64,000 nt of DNA, taken from positions 672,141 through 736,140 of the forward strand of contig MKSN01000001.1 of the NCBI GenBank assembly GCA_001897295.1, given 5' to 3'. The stretch is from Candidatus Saccharibacteria bacterium 49-20 (GTDB lineage Bacteria; Patescibacteriota; Saccharimonadia; Saccharimonadales; Saccharimonadaceae). The notes beneath the pieces were generated by a model, which was not told the origin of the DNA, searched no databases, and saw nothing but the letters and a program-made list of their open reading frames with translations. Of this stretch, positions 18,812-25,689 are shown in pieces. Position numbers and translations under genes: made by a program. Within the stretch, counting starts at the first letter, position 1. Every line of letters begins with the position of its first letter.

Positions 18812-19894
18812 ATGAGTTTATCTATTGGAATCGTGGGACTCCCGAATGTCGGCAAGTCTACACTCTTTAACGCCCTGACTGACAATAATATTTTGGCAGC
18901 CAACTACCCTTTCGCAACGATTGAGCCAAACACAGGTATTATCGCAGTACCTGATGATCGTCTTGAGGTACTACAAAAAATGTATTCAGCAGAAAAGCTT
19001 ATTCCGGCGACGGTTACTTTTGTTGATATCGCCGGCCTTGTTGCGGGTGCAAGTAAGGGCGAAGGTCTTGGCAACAAGTTCCTCGCAAATATTCGTGAGT
19101 GTGACGCGATTGCCCACGTAGTCCGTGCGTTTGAAGATTCAGATGTCACCCACGTCAACGACCGCGTTGACCCTATCGCCGACATTGAAATCATCAACAC
19201 CGAGCTTATCTTGGCTGACCTTCAATCGATTGAGCGCCACATTCCAAAGCTCGAGCGCGAGGCGAAGGCCAACCCCTCTGCTCGTGGGCAAATTGAAGAA
19301 TTAAAAAAGCTCCAAGCAGAGCTTGAAGCCGGCAAGCTTGCCTCTTCGGTTGAAGGGTTGAGCAAAGAAGTTATCCAAAGCCTGCAGCTACTAAGCGCAA
19401 AGCCAGTTATTTATGTCTTTAACGTCGACGAGTTCACCCTTGGTAACGATGCCCGTAAGGCCGAACTTGCCGAGCTCGTTGCACCTTCTGATAGTGTATT
19501 TATTTGTGCAAAACTTGAAGAGGAACTTCGAGGACTCGCTAAAGATGATGCCGCTGAACTTCTCGCCTCTTACGACGTGACCGAATCTGGCCTTTCGCAA
19601 CTTGCGCGCGTCGCGTACCACACCCTTGGGCTTCAAAGCTACCTGACCGCCGGACCAAAAGAGGTGCGCGCCTGGACAATTAAACAGGGCTCGACCGCCC
19701 CACAGGCCGCTGGTGTCATTCACACCGACTTCGAAAAGGGCTTCATCGCCGCAGCAATTGTTGATTATGATGACTTCGTGACCGCAGGTTCTGAACAAGC
19801 CGCAAAGGCTGCCGGTAAGCTTCGCACCGAAGGGCGCGACTATATCATGCGCCCAGGCGATATTGTTGAATTCCGCTTCAACGTCAGTAAATAA
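18812..19894 (+). CDS. ychF: ribosome-binding ATPase YchF
   Basis: GIVGLPNVGKSTLFNALT P-loop, 360 aa, YchF-type C-terminal domain (DFEKGFIAAAIV...IVEFRFNV). Confidence 0.94.
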   Translation: MSLSIGIVGLPNVGKSTLFNALTDNNILAANYPFATIEPNTGIIAVPDDRLEVLQKMYSAEKLIPATVTFVDIAGLVAGASKGEGLGNKFLANIRECDAIAHVVRAFEDSDVTHVNDRVDPIADIEIINTELILADLQSIERHIPKLEREAKANPSARGQIEELKKLQAELEAGKLASSVEGLSKEVIQSLQLLSAKPVIYVFNVDEFTLGNDARKAELAELVAPSDSVFICAKLEEELRGLAKDDAAELLASYDVTESGLSQLARVAYHTLGLQSYLTAGPKEVRAWTIKQGSTAPQAAGVIHTDFEKGFIAAAIVDYDDFVTAGSEQAAKAAGKLRTEGRDYIMRPGDIVEFRFNVSK

Positions 19895-19915
19895 TTTCTC
19901 CCTAAAAAAGAAGCA

Positions 19916-19940
19916 AGCCCCGGATTAACCGGGGCTTTTT
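19916..19940 (+). terminator. intrinsic terminator of ychF
   Basis: agccccgg-attaa-ccggggct followed by ttttt. Confidence 0.8.
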
Positions 19941-19970
19941 GCCACTTCACCACTCGTTTCGACCGCACCC

Positions 19971-20011
19971 GCGGACCGCCTCACCCCGAAGGGCTAATTG
20001 AGGCGGTCCGC
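19971..20011 (-). terminator. 13-bp perfect GC-rich hairpin spanning the stop codon of the sortase-like gene (no U-tract)
   Basis: gcggaccgcctca (19971-19983) pairs with tgaggcggtccgc (19999-20011). No U-run follows on the minus strand. Terminator function is inferred. Confidence 0.5.
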
Positions 20012-20767
20012 GAGACGGGACTCGAGGTGTTCATTGGAGGCAGACTCTTCCACCAGCGGCTCCGGGTACTGGACCTGAAGCACGACGGCAGTATTCTGCG
20101 TGGTGTGACCATCTTGGCGCGGGCCGTCCCGGTTGCAGGTCACGAAGACCCACTTGCCAGGCTGTGGCTCGGGGCTGAACACCCGTCCGTCCTGCGAGAA
20201 GTCCGACTTACTGATGTCGAACACCTCTTGGACGACGAGCGTCACCGTTTCGCCACAGGCAGTCACCGTCACAACGTCACCCGGCTTAAAGTCGGTGATG
20301 TGATCGAACACCGCGCCAACCCCGAGATCGAGGTAGGCGTGGCCGTACACATACACCGCATCTTCAGCCTGCGTCGACATGACGCTGTAGATGTTGTCGT
20401 GACGGTAGTAGCCAGAGTACCAGACGGCCTGCGAGACTTCGGGCGGATTGACTCCACCTTCAGCCTGCGCCTGCTCGTATGTGTACTCCCCCACCTCCGC
20501 CTCCAGTCCAATGGACGGGGCGGAAATGTGAGCCGCAGTGCATGCGGCCGGCCTGGGTGTGGGCGTTGGGGTCGGCGTGGGTGCTTCCGTCGGGGTTGCC
20601 GACGGAGTGGGCTCACGCGTCACCGTCGGACTTGGCGAAGGATCCGCAGCGCTCGTGGGGGGCGTGCCGAACGTCAGGTATGCACCTGCCGCAAGCGACA
20701 CGACCCCCAGAGCAACTACGAGGACCGCCAAGACGCGACGCACACGACGACGCGTCTTGCGAGCCAT
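19994..20767 (-). CDS. sortase-like transpeptidase (class E/F-like architecture), high-GC
   Basis: N-terminal TM, a Pro/Thr/Ala linker, then sortase-like blocks: ISAPSIGLEAEV, VYVYGHAY (His), AVFDHITDFKPGDVVTV and WVFVTCNRD (TC Cys). The Arg usually found about 12-14 residues after the Cys is not obvious (GHTTQNTAVV). Third codon positions are strongly G/C in this frame. Confidence 0.65.
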   Translation of the reverse strand: MARKTRRRVRRVLAVLVVALGVVSLAAGAYLTFGTPPTSAADPSPSPTVTREPTPSATPTEAPTPTPTPTPRPAACTAAHISAPSIGLEAEVGEYTYEQAQAEGGVNPPEVSQAVWYSGYYRHDNIYSVMSTQAEDAVYVYGHAYLDLGVGAVFDHITDFKPGDVVTVTACGETVTLVVQEVFDISKSDFSQDGRVFSPEPQPGKWVFVTCNRDGPRQDGHTTQNTAVVLQVQYPEPLVEESASNEHLESRLADRLN

Positions 20768-21717
20768 CAGCGACGGATCGCCGAGAGCTTGGACCGACGC
20801 ACGAACGCCATGACGACGATCGTGATGAACAGCACGCCGACACCCATCAGGCTGTAGCCGAGGACCGAGGGGCCCTCGACGACGTCACCCGTGTGGGCGG
20901 CCGGCGGGGCCGGCTTGACGGGCGTCTGCACGACCGGCTGCTGAACGACGGGCGCCTGGACCTCGGGGGTCGTGGGCGTCTCGCCGGACGGCGGCGTGGT
21001 TCCACCGTCGCCACCACCGTCACCCGGGTTGGGGCACGGGATGGTGACGTCGTAGGAGTTGCCGACCGGGCTGTCCGGGATGAACACCCCGAACACGTAG
21101 GTACCGCACGGCGACCACGGGAACGAACCCGACTGAGTCAGCGAGCCACCCTCGGTGAACGTGAGCTCCTTCGCGACGTCCTGCGCCCCGTAGCCGATGA
21201 TCACGGTCTGCGGGAGCGGGACGTTCTCCGGGCCCAGGTTGACGACGTAGTCGACACCCGAACCGTCCGCAGACGGCGTGAGCGTGGCGCTGACCGTCGG
21301 GCTGACGACCGGCGGGGTCGCGTCGCAGGTCCCGTCGAAGGTGAACTCGTTGACGAACAGGGTCTCGGCCGTGGTGTTGAGCCAGTACGAGACGGTGAAC
21401 GTCGACGGGAACGTGTCGACGGGAACGGTGACCGAGCGCGTGAACGGCGAGATGACGCCGACGGCGTAGTTCTCGACGTTCAGGCTGGCACCGTTGACGC
21501 TGAAGCCGCCCTGCATCTCCGCGTCGATGCCCACGGTGGGGACCGAAACGGTGAAGGTGGCGACGTTGTCGGCACAGGTGCCCGAGTTGCTGACCTGGCC
21601 GATGGCCGCCCAGGAATCGGGCGGCGCGGCACTGGCCGCGGTAGCGGGCACGATGACGGACAGGGACACGGCGGCAGCAGCCGCCAGGGCCGCCATGAGG
21701 CGGTTGCGCTTGCGCAT
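20767..21717 (-). CDS. cell-wall-anchored surface protein with AAHTG sorting-like signal, high-GC
   Basis: Signal peptide MRKRNRLMAALAAAAAVSLSVIVPATAASA, then two Cys-pair-containing beta-rich segments and a Pro-rich stalk. AAHTG (nt 20887-20901) is followed by a hydrophobic helix and an RRSKLSAIRR tail. The stop overlaps the sortase start (TGATG, 20765-20769). Confidence 0.7.
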   Translation of the reverse strand: MRKRNRLMAALAAAAAVSLSVIVPATAASAAPPDSWAAIGQVSNSGTCADNVATFTVSVPTVGIDAEMQGGFSVNGASLNVENYAVGVISPFTRSVTVPVDTFPSTFTVSYWLNTTAETLFVNEFTFDGTCDATPPVVSPTVSATLTPSADGSGVDYVVNLGPENVPLPQTVIIGYGAQDVAKELTFTEGGSLTQSGSFPWSPCGTYVFGVFIPDSPVGNSYDVTIPCPNPGDGGGDGGTTPPSGETPTTPEVQAPVVQQPVVQTPVKPAPPAAHTGDVVEGPSVLGYSLMGVGVLFITIVVMAFVRRSKLSAIRR

Positions 21718-21822
21718 GTTGTCTCCAAATGGTGATGTGGCACACCGGAGTATCCGGTGGGCTATGTGATGGCACCCTCCCTATTCTGTAAGGGGTGGTG
21801 TGTTTCCATGACACTAGTGGGG

Positions 21823-21831
21823 ATTATACCA
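21823..21831 (-). promoter_or_regulatory. extended -10 (TGGTATAAT) upstream of the high-GC island
   Basis: The minus strand reads tttttaTGGTATAATcccc in AT-rich sequence about 100 nt upstream of ATG 21717. The leader contains a caccgga-tac-tccggtg hairpin (about 21748-21764). Confidence 0.45.
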
Positions 21832-21878
21832 TAAAAAGCTAAAAAAGTAAATACTCTCGGCTTTTCATACCGCTTCGC

Positions 21879-22604
21879 TTAGAGCGATTTCAACAGGTAG
21901 AAGCGCTCGCGATTACCCTTCGAGCCGGCCACTTCACTATCGCGCTTGTCCTGAATAATAAATAAGTCTTTCGCCCAAAACTCAAAATCCTTCAAAATCT
22001 GACGGCGCACACCATCATTTTTAATAATTCCTTTATTTGTCTGGTGCTTGCCCGCTTCAAACTGCGGCTTTACCATCGCAACGATTTGCGTATCTTTCGT
22101 CACAAGCGCGACTGCCAAATGAGGCAAGATATCGCGAAGGCTAATAAATGACACGTCGATCACGACAATATTTGGACGATCCGCCGCAGCTAACGTAAAG
22201 TCGCGAATATCGGTCTTTTCATGGAGTTCAATCCGGGGATCATCCTGAAGACTTGGGTGGAGTTGGTCGGTTCCCACATCAACCGCGTATACCTTTTTCG
22301 CGCCGTGTTGCAACGAGTAATCAGTAAATCCACCCGTGCTACTTCCGACATCAAGCACCACCTTATCTTTAAAATTAAGGTTGAGAAGCTTCGCAACACT
22401 CGCAAGCTTCAACCCCGCCCTACTGACATACTGCTCATCGGCAAGTAACTTAAGCTCGGAATCTTCGCGCACAAAGTGACCCGATTTCGTCACCACTTTG
22501 CCATCAACCGTTACTTTCCCAAGCTTAATCCAGCTCTCCGCCTGAGAGCGTGTTGGGGCAAGTCCACGAGCGGTCAGCTCGGCGTCTAAACGGTTTTTAG
22601 TCAT
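21879..22604 (-). CDS. tlyA: TlyA-family rRNA 2'-O-methyltransferase
   Basis: N-terminal S4 domain (RLDAELTARGLAPTRSQAESWIKLGKVTVDG) plus FtsJ-type methyltransferase (VLDVGSSTGGFTD). Confidence 0.9.
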   Translation of the reverse strand: MTKNRLDAELTARGLAPTRSQAESWIKLGKVTVDGKVVTKSGHFVREDSELKLLADEQYVSRAGLKLASVAKLLNLNFKDKVVLDVGSSTGGFTDYSLQHGAKKVYAVDVGTDQLHPSLQDDPRIELHEKTDIRDFTLAAADRPNIVVIDVSFISLRDILPHLAVALVTKDTQIVAMVKPQFEAGKHQTNKGIIKNDGVRRQILKDFEFWAKDLFIIQDKRDSEVAGSKGNRERFYLLKSL

Positions 22605-22609
22605 AAATT

Positions 22610-23143
22610 CTATTGATTCCTTTCGGAGTGTTTAATAATGCGCGCGTCGGTGGCCATTGCAGCCCCCTTAAGCCCAATCTTGGCAACAATTTGCCAGGTT
22701 GCACGACCCTCTCGCTTCTCGGCGATTGAAAAGCCACCTATCTCAATGGTATCACCCTTCTGGGCACGAGGATCATCCTTGTCGATTGAGATGTGAGGAT
22801 TGTACGGCATGCGGTACTGGGCATTATGGGGTAAGTACTGAAATACCGCCAGAATCTTTCGGTGCACCGCCATAAGTTGAGGTGTGTGCTCAAGATGGCG
22901 TACGGGTACGTCGCGCTTGGGACCAAATTTGTCATCCTCTCCAATAGTGGCCATAAACGGCTCCATTGGGTTGATATAACGGCGAAGCTGCTCGGCGTGC
23001 GCAGGCCTCAGGGTTGTCTCGACTGGCGGAAAATACGTCATGTGGAGCGGCCACTCCCCACTTGGGAACTCTTCGCCCAGCTGCACCGGCTCAACAAAAA
23101 ACGCCGGGAGGATTTTTCCACCCCGCGCTTCCTGTTCAGACAT
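22610..23143 (-). CDS. 2H phosphoesterase superfamily protein (LigT-like)
   Basis: Two H-x-T/S motifs at appropriate spacing (PLHMTYF and NPHISID). 177 aa. Confidence 0.5.
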   Translation of the reverse strand: MSEQEARGGKILPAFFVEPVQLGEEFPSGEWPLHMTYFPPVETTLRPAHAEQLRRYINPMEPFMATIGEDDKFGPKRDVPVRHLEHTPQLMAVHRKILAVFQYLPHNAQYRMPYNPHISIDKDDPRAQKGDTIEIGGFSIAEKREGRATWQIVAKIGLKGAAMATDARIIKHSERNQ

Positions 23144-23148
23144 GCTGG

Positions 23149-23715
23149 TTACTTCTTTCGTTCTCGGTATGAACCGTTTTCGGTGTCGACGGAAAGAATG
23201 TCGCCTACCTTAATGAACGCAGGAACCTTGATGACAAGGCCTGTTTCAAGTGTGGCGTCCTTAAGGACACTACTTGTAGTATCGCCCTTTACGACGTCTT
23301 CGGTGTAGGTTACTTCAAGGTAAAGGTTCTTTGGAAGCTCTACGTTGATAACAGTACCCTCGAAGAATTGAAGTGAAAGGCTGTCACCTTCTTTAAGGTA
23401 TGGAGCTGCATCGGCACAGACATCAGCAGGAAGCTGGAACTGCTCGAAGCTCTCTGGATCCATAAAGTAAAAGTTGTCAGTGTCTTTGTAGAGATACTGG
23501 ACCGTTTGGTACGTTACTTCTGCTGAATCGATCTTGTCTTGACCCTTGTAGGTCTTTGGGATCACAGAACCATCAATCAGGTTCTTTAGGCGGATGTTCA
23601 CGATGCTTCCGCCGCGGCCCATCACCTTTTGGTTGTAGTCGATAACCTTAAAAGGCTTGCCGTCCACTTGAACGACAACGCCTTTCTTTAGGTCAGTTGG
23701 TTGCAACTGCGCCAT
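23149..23715 (-). CDS. efp: elongation factor P
   Basis: 188 aa; LKKGVVVQVDGKPFKVIDYNQKVMGRGGSIVNIRLKNL is typical of the EF-P N-terminal KOW domain. Confidence 0.94.
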   Translation of the reverse strand: MAQLQPTDLKKGVVVQVDGKPFKVIDYNQKVMGRGGSIVNIRLKNLIDGSVIPKTYKGQDKIDSAEVTYQTVQYLYKDTDNFYFMDPESFEQFQLPADVCADAAPYLKEGDSLSLQFFEGTVINVELPKNLYLEVTYTEDVVKGDTTSSVLKDATLETGLVIKVPAFIKVGDILSVDTENGSYRERKK

Positions 23716-23721
23716 GGTCGA

Positions 23722-23922
23722 TTACCCTTGTGCTACGAATGGTAGTAGTGCAAGGTGACGAGCACGCTTAATCGCTACTGCGAGTTGGCGTTGTTGCTTC
23801 GCGCTAAGGCCAGTCTTACCGATTGGTTCGATTTGACCGTAGATGTTTACGTAACGCTGCAGAGTCTTGACGTCTTTGTAGTCAAAGTATGCAGGTGTGT
23901 CTTTCTTCATACGTTTTGCCAT
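23722..23922 (-). CDS. rpsR: 30S ribosomal protein S18
   Basis: [14 protein letters not shown]...[25 protein letters not shown]. Confidence 0.94.
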   Translation of the reverse strand: MAKRMKKDTPAYFDYKDVKTLQRYVNIYGQIEPIGKTGLSAKQQRQLAVAIKRARHLALLPFVAQG

Positions 23923-23947
23923 TGTTATTCTCCTGTCTTTCTAGGGT

Positions 23948-24391
23948 CTAGAAAGGAATTTCACTTAAATCAATTGGTTTGTCGTCGATGTCTTCAATCA
24001 CGACATCTTTCGAGTTGTTACGAGATTGAGTGCTTGAGCTTGGTGCGGCCGCGTTTCCACCATCGCTGCCGTTAGGGCCGTCAAGGAAGGTTACGTCGTT
24101 CGCTACCACTTCAACGCGGCTGCGCTTCTTACCAGTTTCTTTGTCATCCCAGCTATCCTGGCGAAGGCGGCCTTGTACGAGTACGCGGCGTCCCTTTGCA
24201 AGGTACTGCATCACGAGCTCACCAGTCTTTTCCCACGCGGTTACGTCGAAAAAGTCTGCTTGGTCGTCTTGGCCAGCGCGGTCGACGGCAATGCTAAAGC
24301 TAGCAATGGTCTTACCGGTGGTTGTTGTACGCTGTTCTGGGTCGCGTGTAAGGCGTCCCATAAGGATTACCTGGTTAATGCTTCGTGCCAT
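23948..24391 (-). CDS. ssb: single-stranded DNA-binding protein
   Basis: OB fold (INQVILMGRLTRDPE...), a Gly/Ser-rich linker and an acidic tail ending DLSEIPF. Confidence 0.94.
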   Translation of the reverse strand: MARSINQVILMGRLTRDPEQRTTTTGKTIASFSIAVDRAGQDDQADFFDVTAWEKTGELVMQYLAKGRRVLVQGRLRQDSWDDKETGKKRSRVEVVANDVTFLDGPNGSDGGNAAAPSSSTQSRNNSKDVVIEDIDDKPIDLSEIPF

Positions 24392-24424
24392 GTTGTATAC
24401 TCCCCTCTACTCTCGTTTAAAGCC

Positions 24425-24784
24425 TTAGGCTTCTTCTTTAGTGTCGTCTGAAGACTTTTCAGCCGCCTTCTTTGCTTGCTCTGCAAGTGCAGCGCGTCCC
24501 TTAGGGTCTACCTTTACCAAGAGGTAACGGAGGACTTCGTCGGTGATATTAAACGTGTTGCTAATCTTGAGTGGTGCGTCTGCTGGAAGTTCAACATCGA
24601 TGTACACATACACTGCAAATTCTTCACGCTTAATTGCGTACTGGAGCTTCTTTTTACCCCAGTTGTCCTCGCGGACAATTTTTCCGCCTGCTGAGGTTAC
24701 GATGTCGCGTACCTTCGCAAGTGGAGTTTCCAAATCTGCTTCGAGATCTGGGTGGATAAGAACGGTAAGTTCGTATTCCTTCAC
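24425..24784 (-). CDS. rpsF: 30S ribosomal protein S6 (GTG start)
   Basis: KEYELTVLIHPDLE N-terminus. AAGGAG SD lies 8 nt upstream of GTG 24784. Classic rpsF-ssb-rpsR order. Confidence 0.92.
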   Translation of the reverse strand: MKEYELTVLIHPDLEADLETPLAKVRDIVTSAGGKIVREDNWGKKKLQYAIKREEFAVYVYIDVELPADAPLKISNTFNITDEVLRYLLVKVDPKGRAALAEQAKKAAEKSSDDTKEEA

Positions 24785-24948
24785 TAGTGTCTCCTTTTGG
24801 AATCCTGCTTTATAACCCTAGTGGGGCTAGTAGCAGATGCTTACCCTTTTTCCATTTGTCATCTCGCATATGAGAAATGACGGTAAGCTTGAGTTATTAA
24901 CGGTGTTATTATACCCCAACTCACCCCTGTTTGCAAGTGATGACCCCT

Positions 24949-25515
24949 TTAGTATGGCAGACGATCCTGAGATTGTTTTAAAATCCCTACGACAGTTTTG
25001 TAAAGCAACTCCAGTTCTTCTTTTGTAATCTTCGATTCGCTCGCCAATTCCTCAATCAATGCGGAGCCGTCAATGATATTCTCGCCGATACTGTCGTACT
25101 CTCGCACCCCATATACCCTTCGTACATCCTTCTGCACCAGAATACCCCGCTGCTCATCAGTCCTAAACTGGAAAAGGTATTCCCGCTCGAGTTCACCAGA
25201 CTTCATATATAATGCGGTCGTCAAATTTTGGTTTGGGCTACTCTGGTCATTTCCATCAAGAGAATATGGGCCCCAGGCGCTAATAGTAACGCTCTCTGGC
25301 GGATCGAGTGCACGTGCAATATATTCGTTAACAATGGGGTCATCAGGTGCTACATCAAAAGTAACACCCAGCCCACAATACTCGTCGTTTACATTATTTT
25401 CGCGATACGTCCTTCGCACTCCGCTGAGCAAAAGCTTGTCGACTTCTTGCATAAATAGGTACATCTGCACGTCGAGCTCAGGAAACTGTTCTTGGTTATT
25501 TTCTTTTTCGTTCAT
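24949..25515 (-). CDS. hypothetical protein (AT-richer orphan)
   Basis: Start placed at ATG 25515 (MNEKENNQEQ...), preceded by GGAGA. The ORF-track N-terminal extension to 25578 would read through an intrinsic terminator. No motif recognised. Confidence 0.55.
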   Translation of the reverse strand: MNEKENNQEQFPELDVQMYLFMQEVDKLLLSGVRRTYRENNVNDEYCGLGVTFDVAPDDPIVNEYIARALDPPESVTISAWGPYSLDGNDQSSPNQNLTTALYMKSGELEREYLFQFRTDEQRGILVQKDVRRVYGVREYDSIGENIIDGSALIEELASESKITKEELELLYKTVVGILKQSQDRLPY

Positions 25516-25526
25516 TTCTTTTCTCC

Positions 25527-25552
25527 AAAAAAAACGACCTCTTTCGAGGCCG
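25527..25552 (-). terminator. intrinsic terminator (7-bp stem plus U8) 12 nt upstream of the ATG of the 24949-25515 gene
   Basis: The minus-strand RNA reads cggccuc-gaaa-gaggucg-uuuuuuuu. The stem is complete only on the minus strand (A-C on the plus strand becomes U.G). Confidence 0.65.
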
Positions 25553-25689
25553 ATATAAAGTAATATATTTATGCACAATAGCTACACAGGCCTCACATGT
25601 GATGCACAAACGTGATGTAGTGTGTTGTTGATAAATATCATCGTATTTATAGTATAAAAGAATTTAGTCTAAGCGTCAACTAGGAATGC

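Noticed and set aside
20479-21735. A 418-aa plus-strand ORF, together with 20027-20857 (+), 21020-21814 (-), 20269-20616 (-), 21480-21743 (-) and other ORFs overlapping the high-GC island.
   Set aside because: The translations are Arg/Gly/Asp/Pro-rich low-information strings with no signal or motif. Stop-free alternative frames are expected in very GC-rich DNA. Only the two called frames show G/C-dominated third positions and coherent protein features (signal peptide, sorting signal, sortase blocks).
25516-25578. An N-terminal extension of the 24949 ORF (MCINILLYIGLERGRFFWRKE).
   Set aside because: It would be translated through the stem and U-tract of an intrinsic terminator. The ATG at 25515 has a GGAGA SD.
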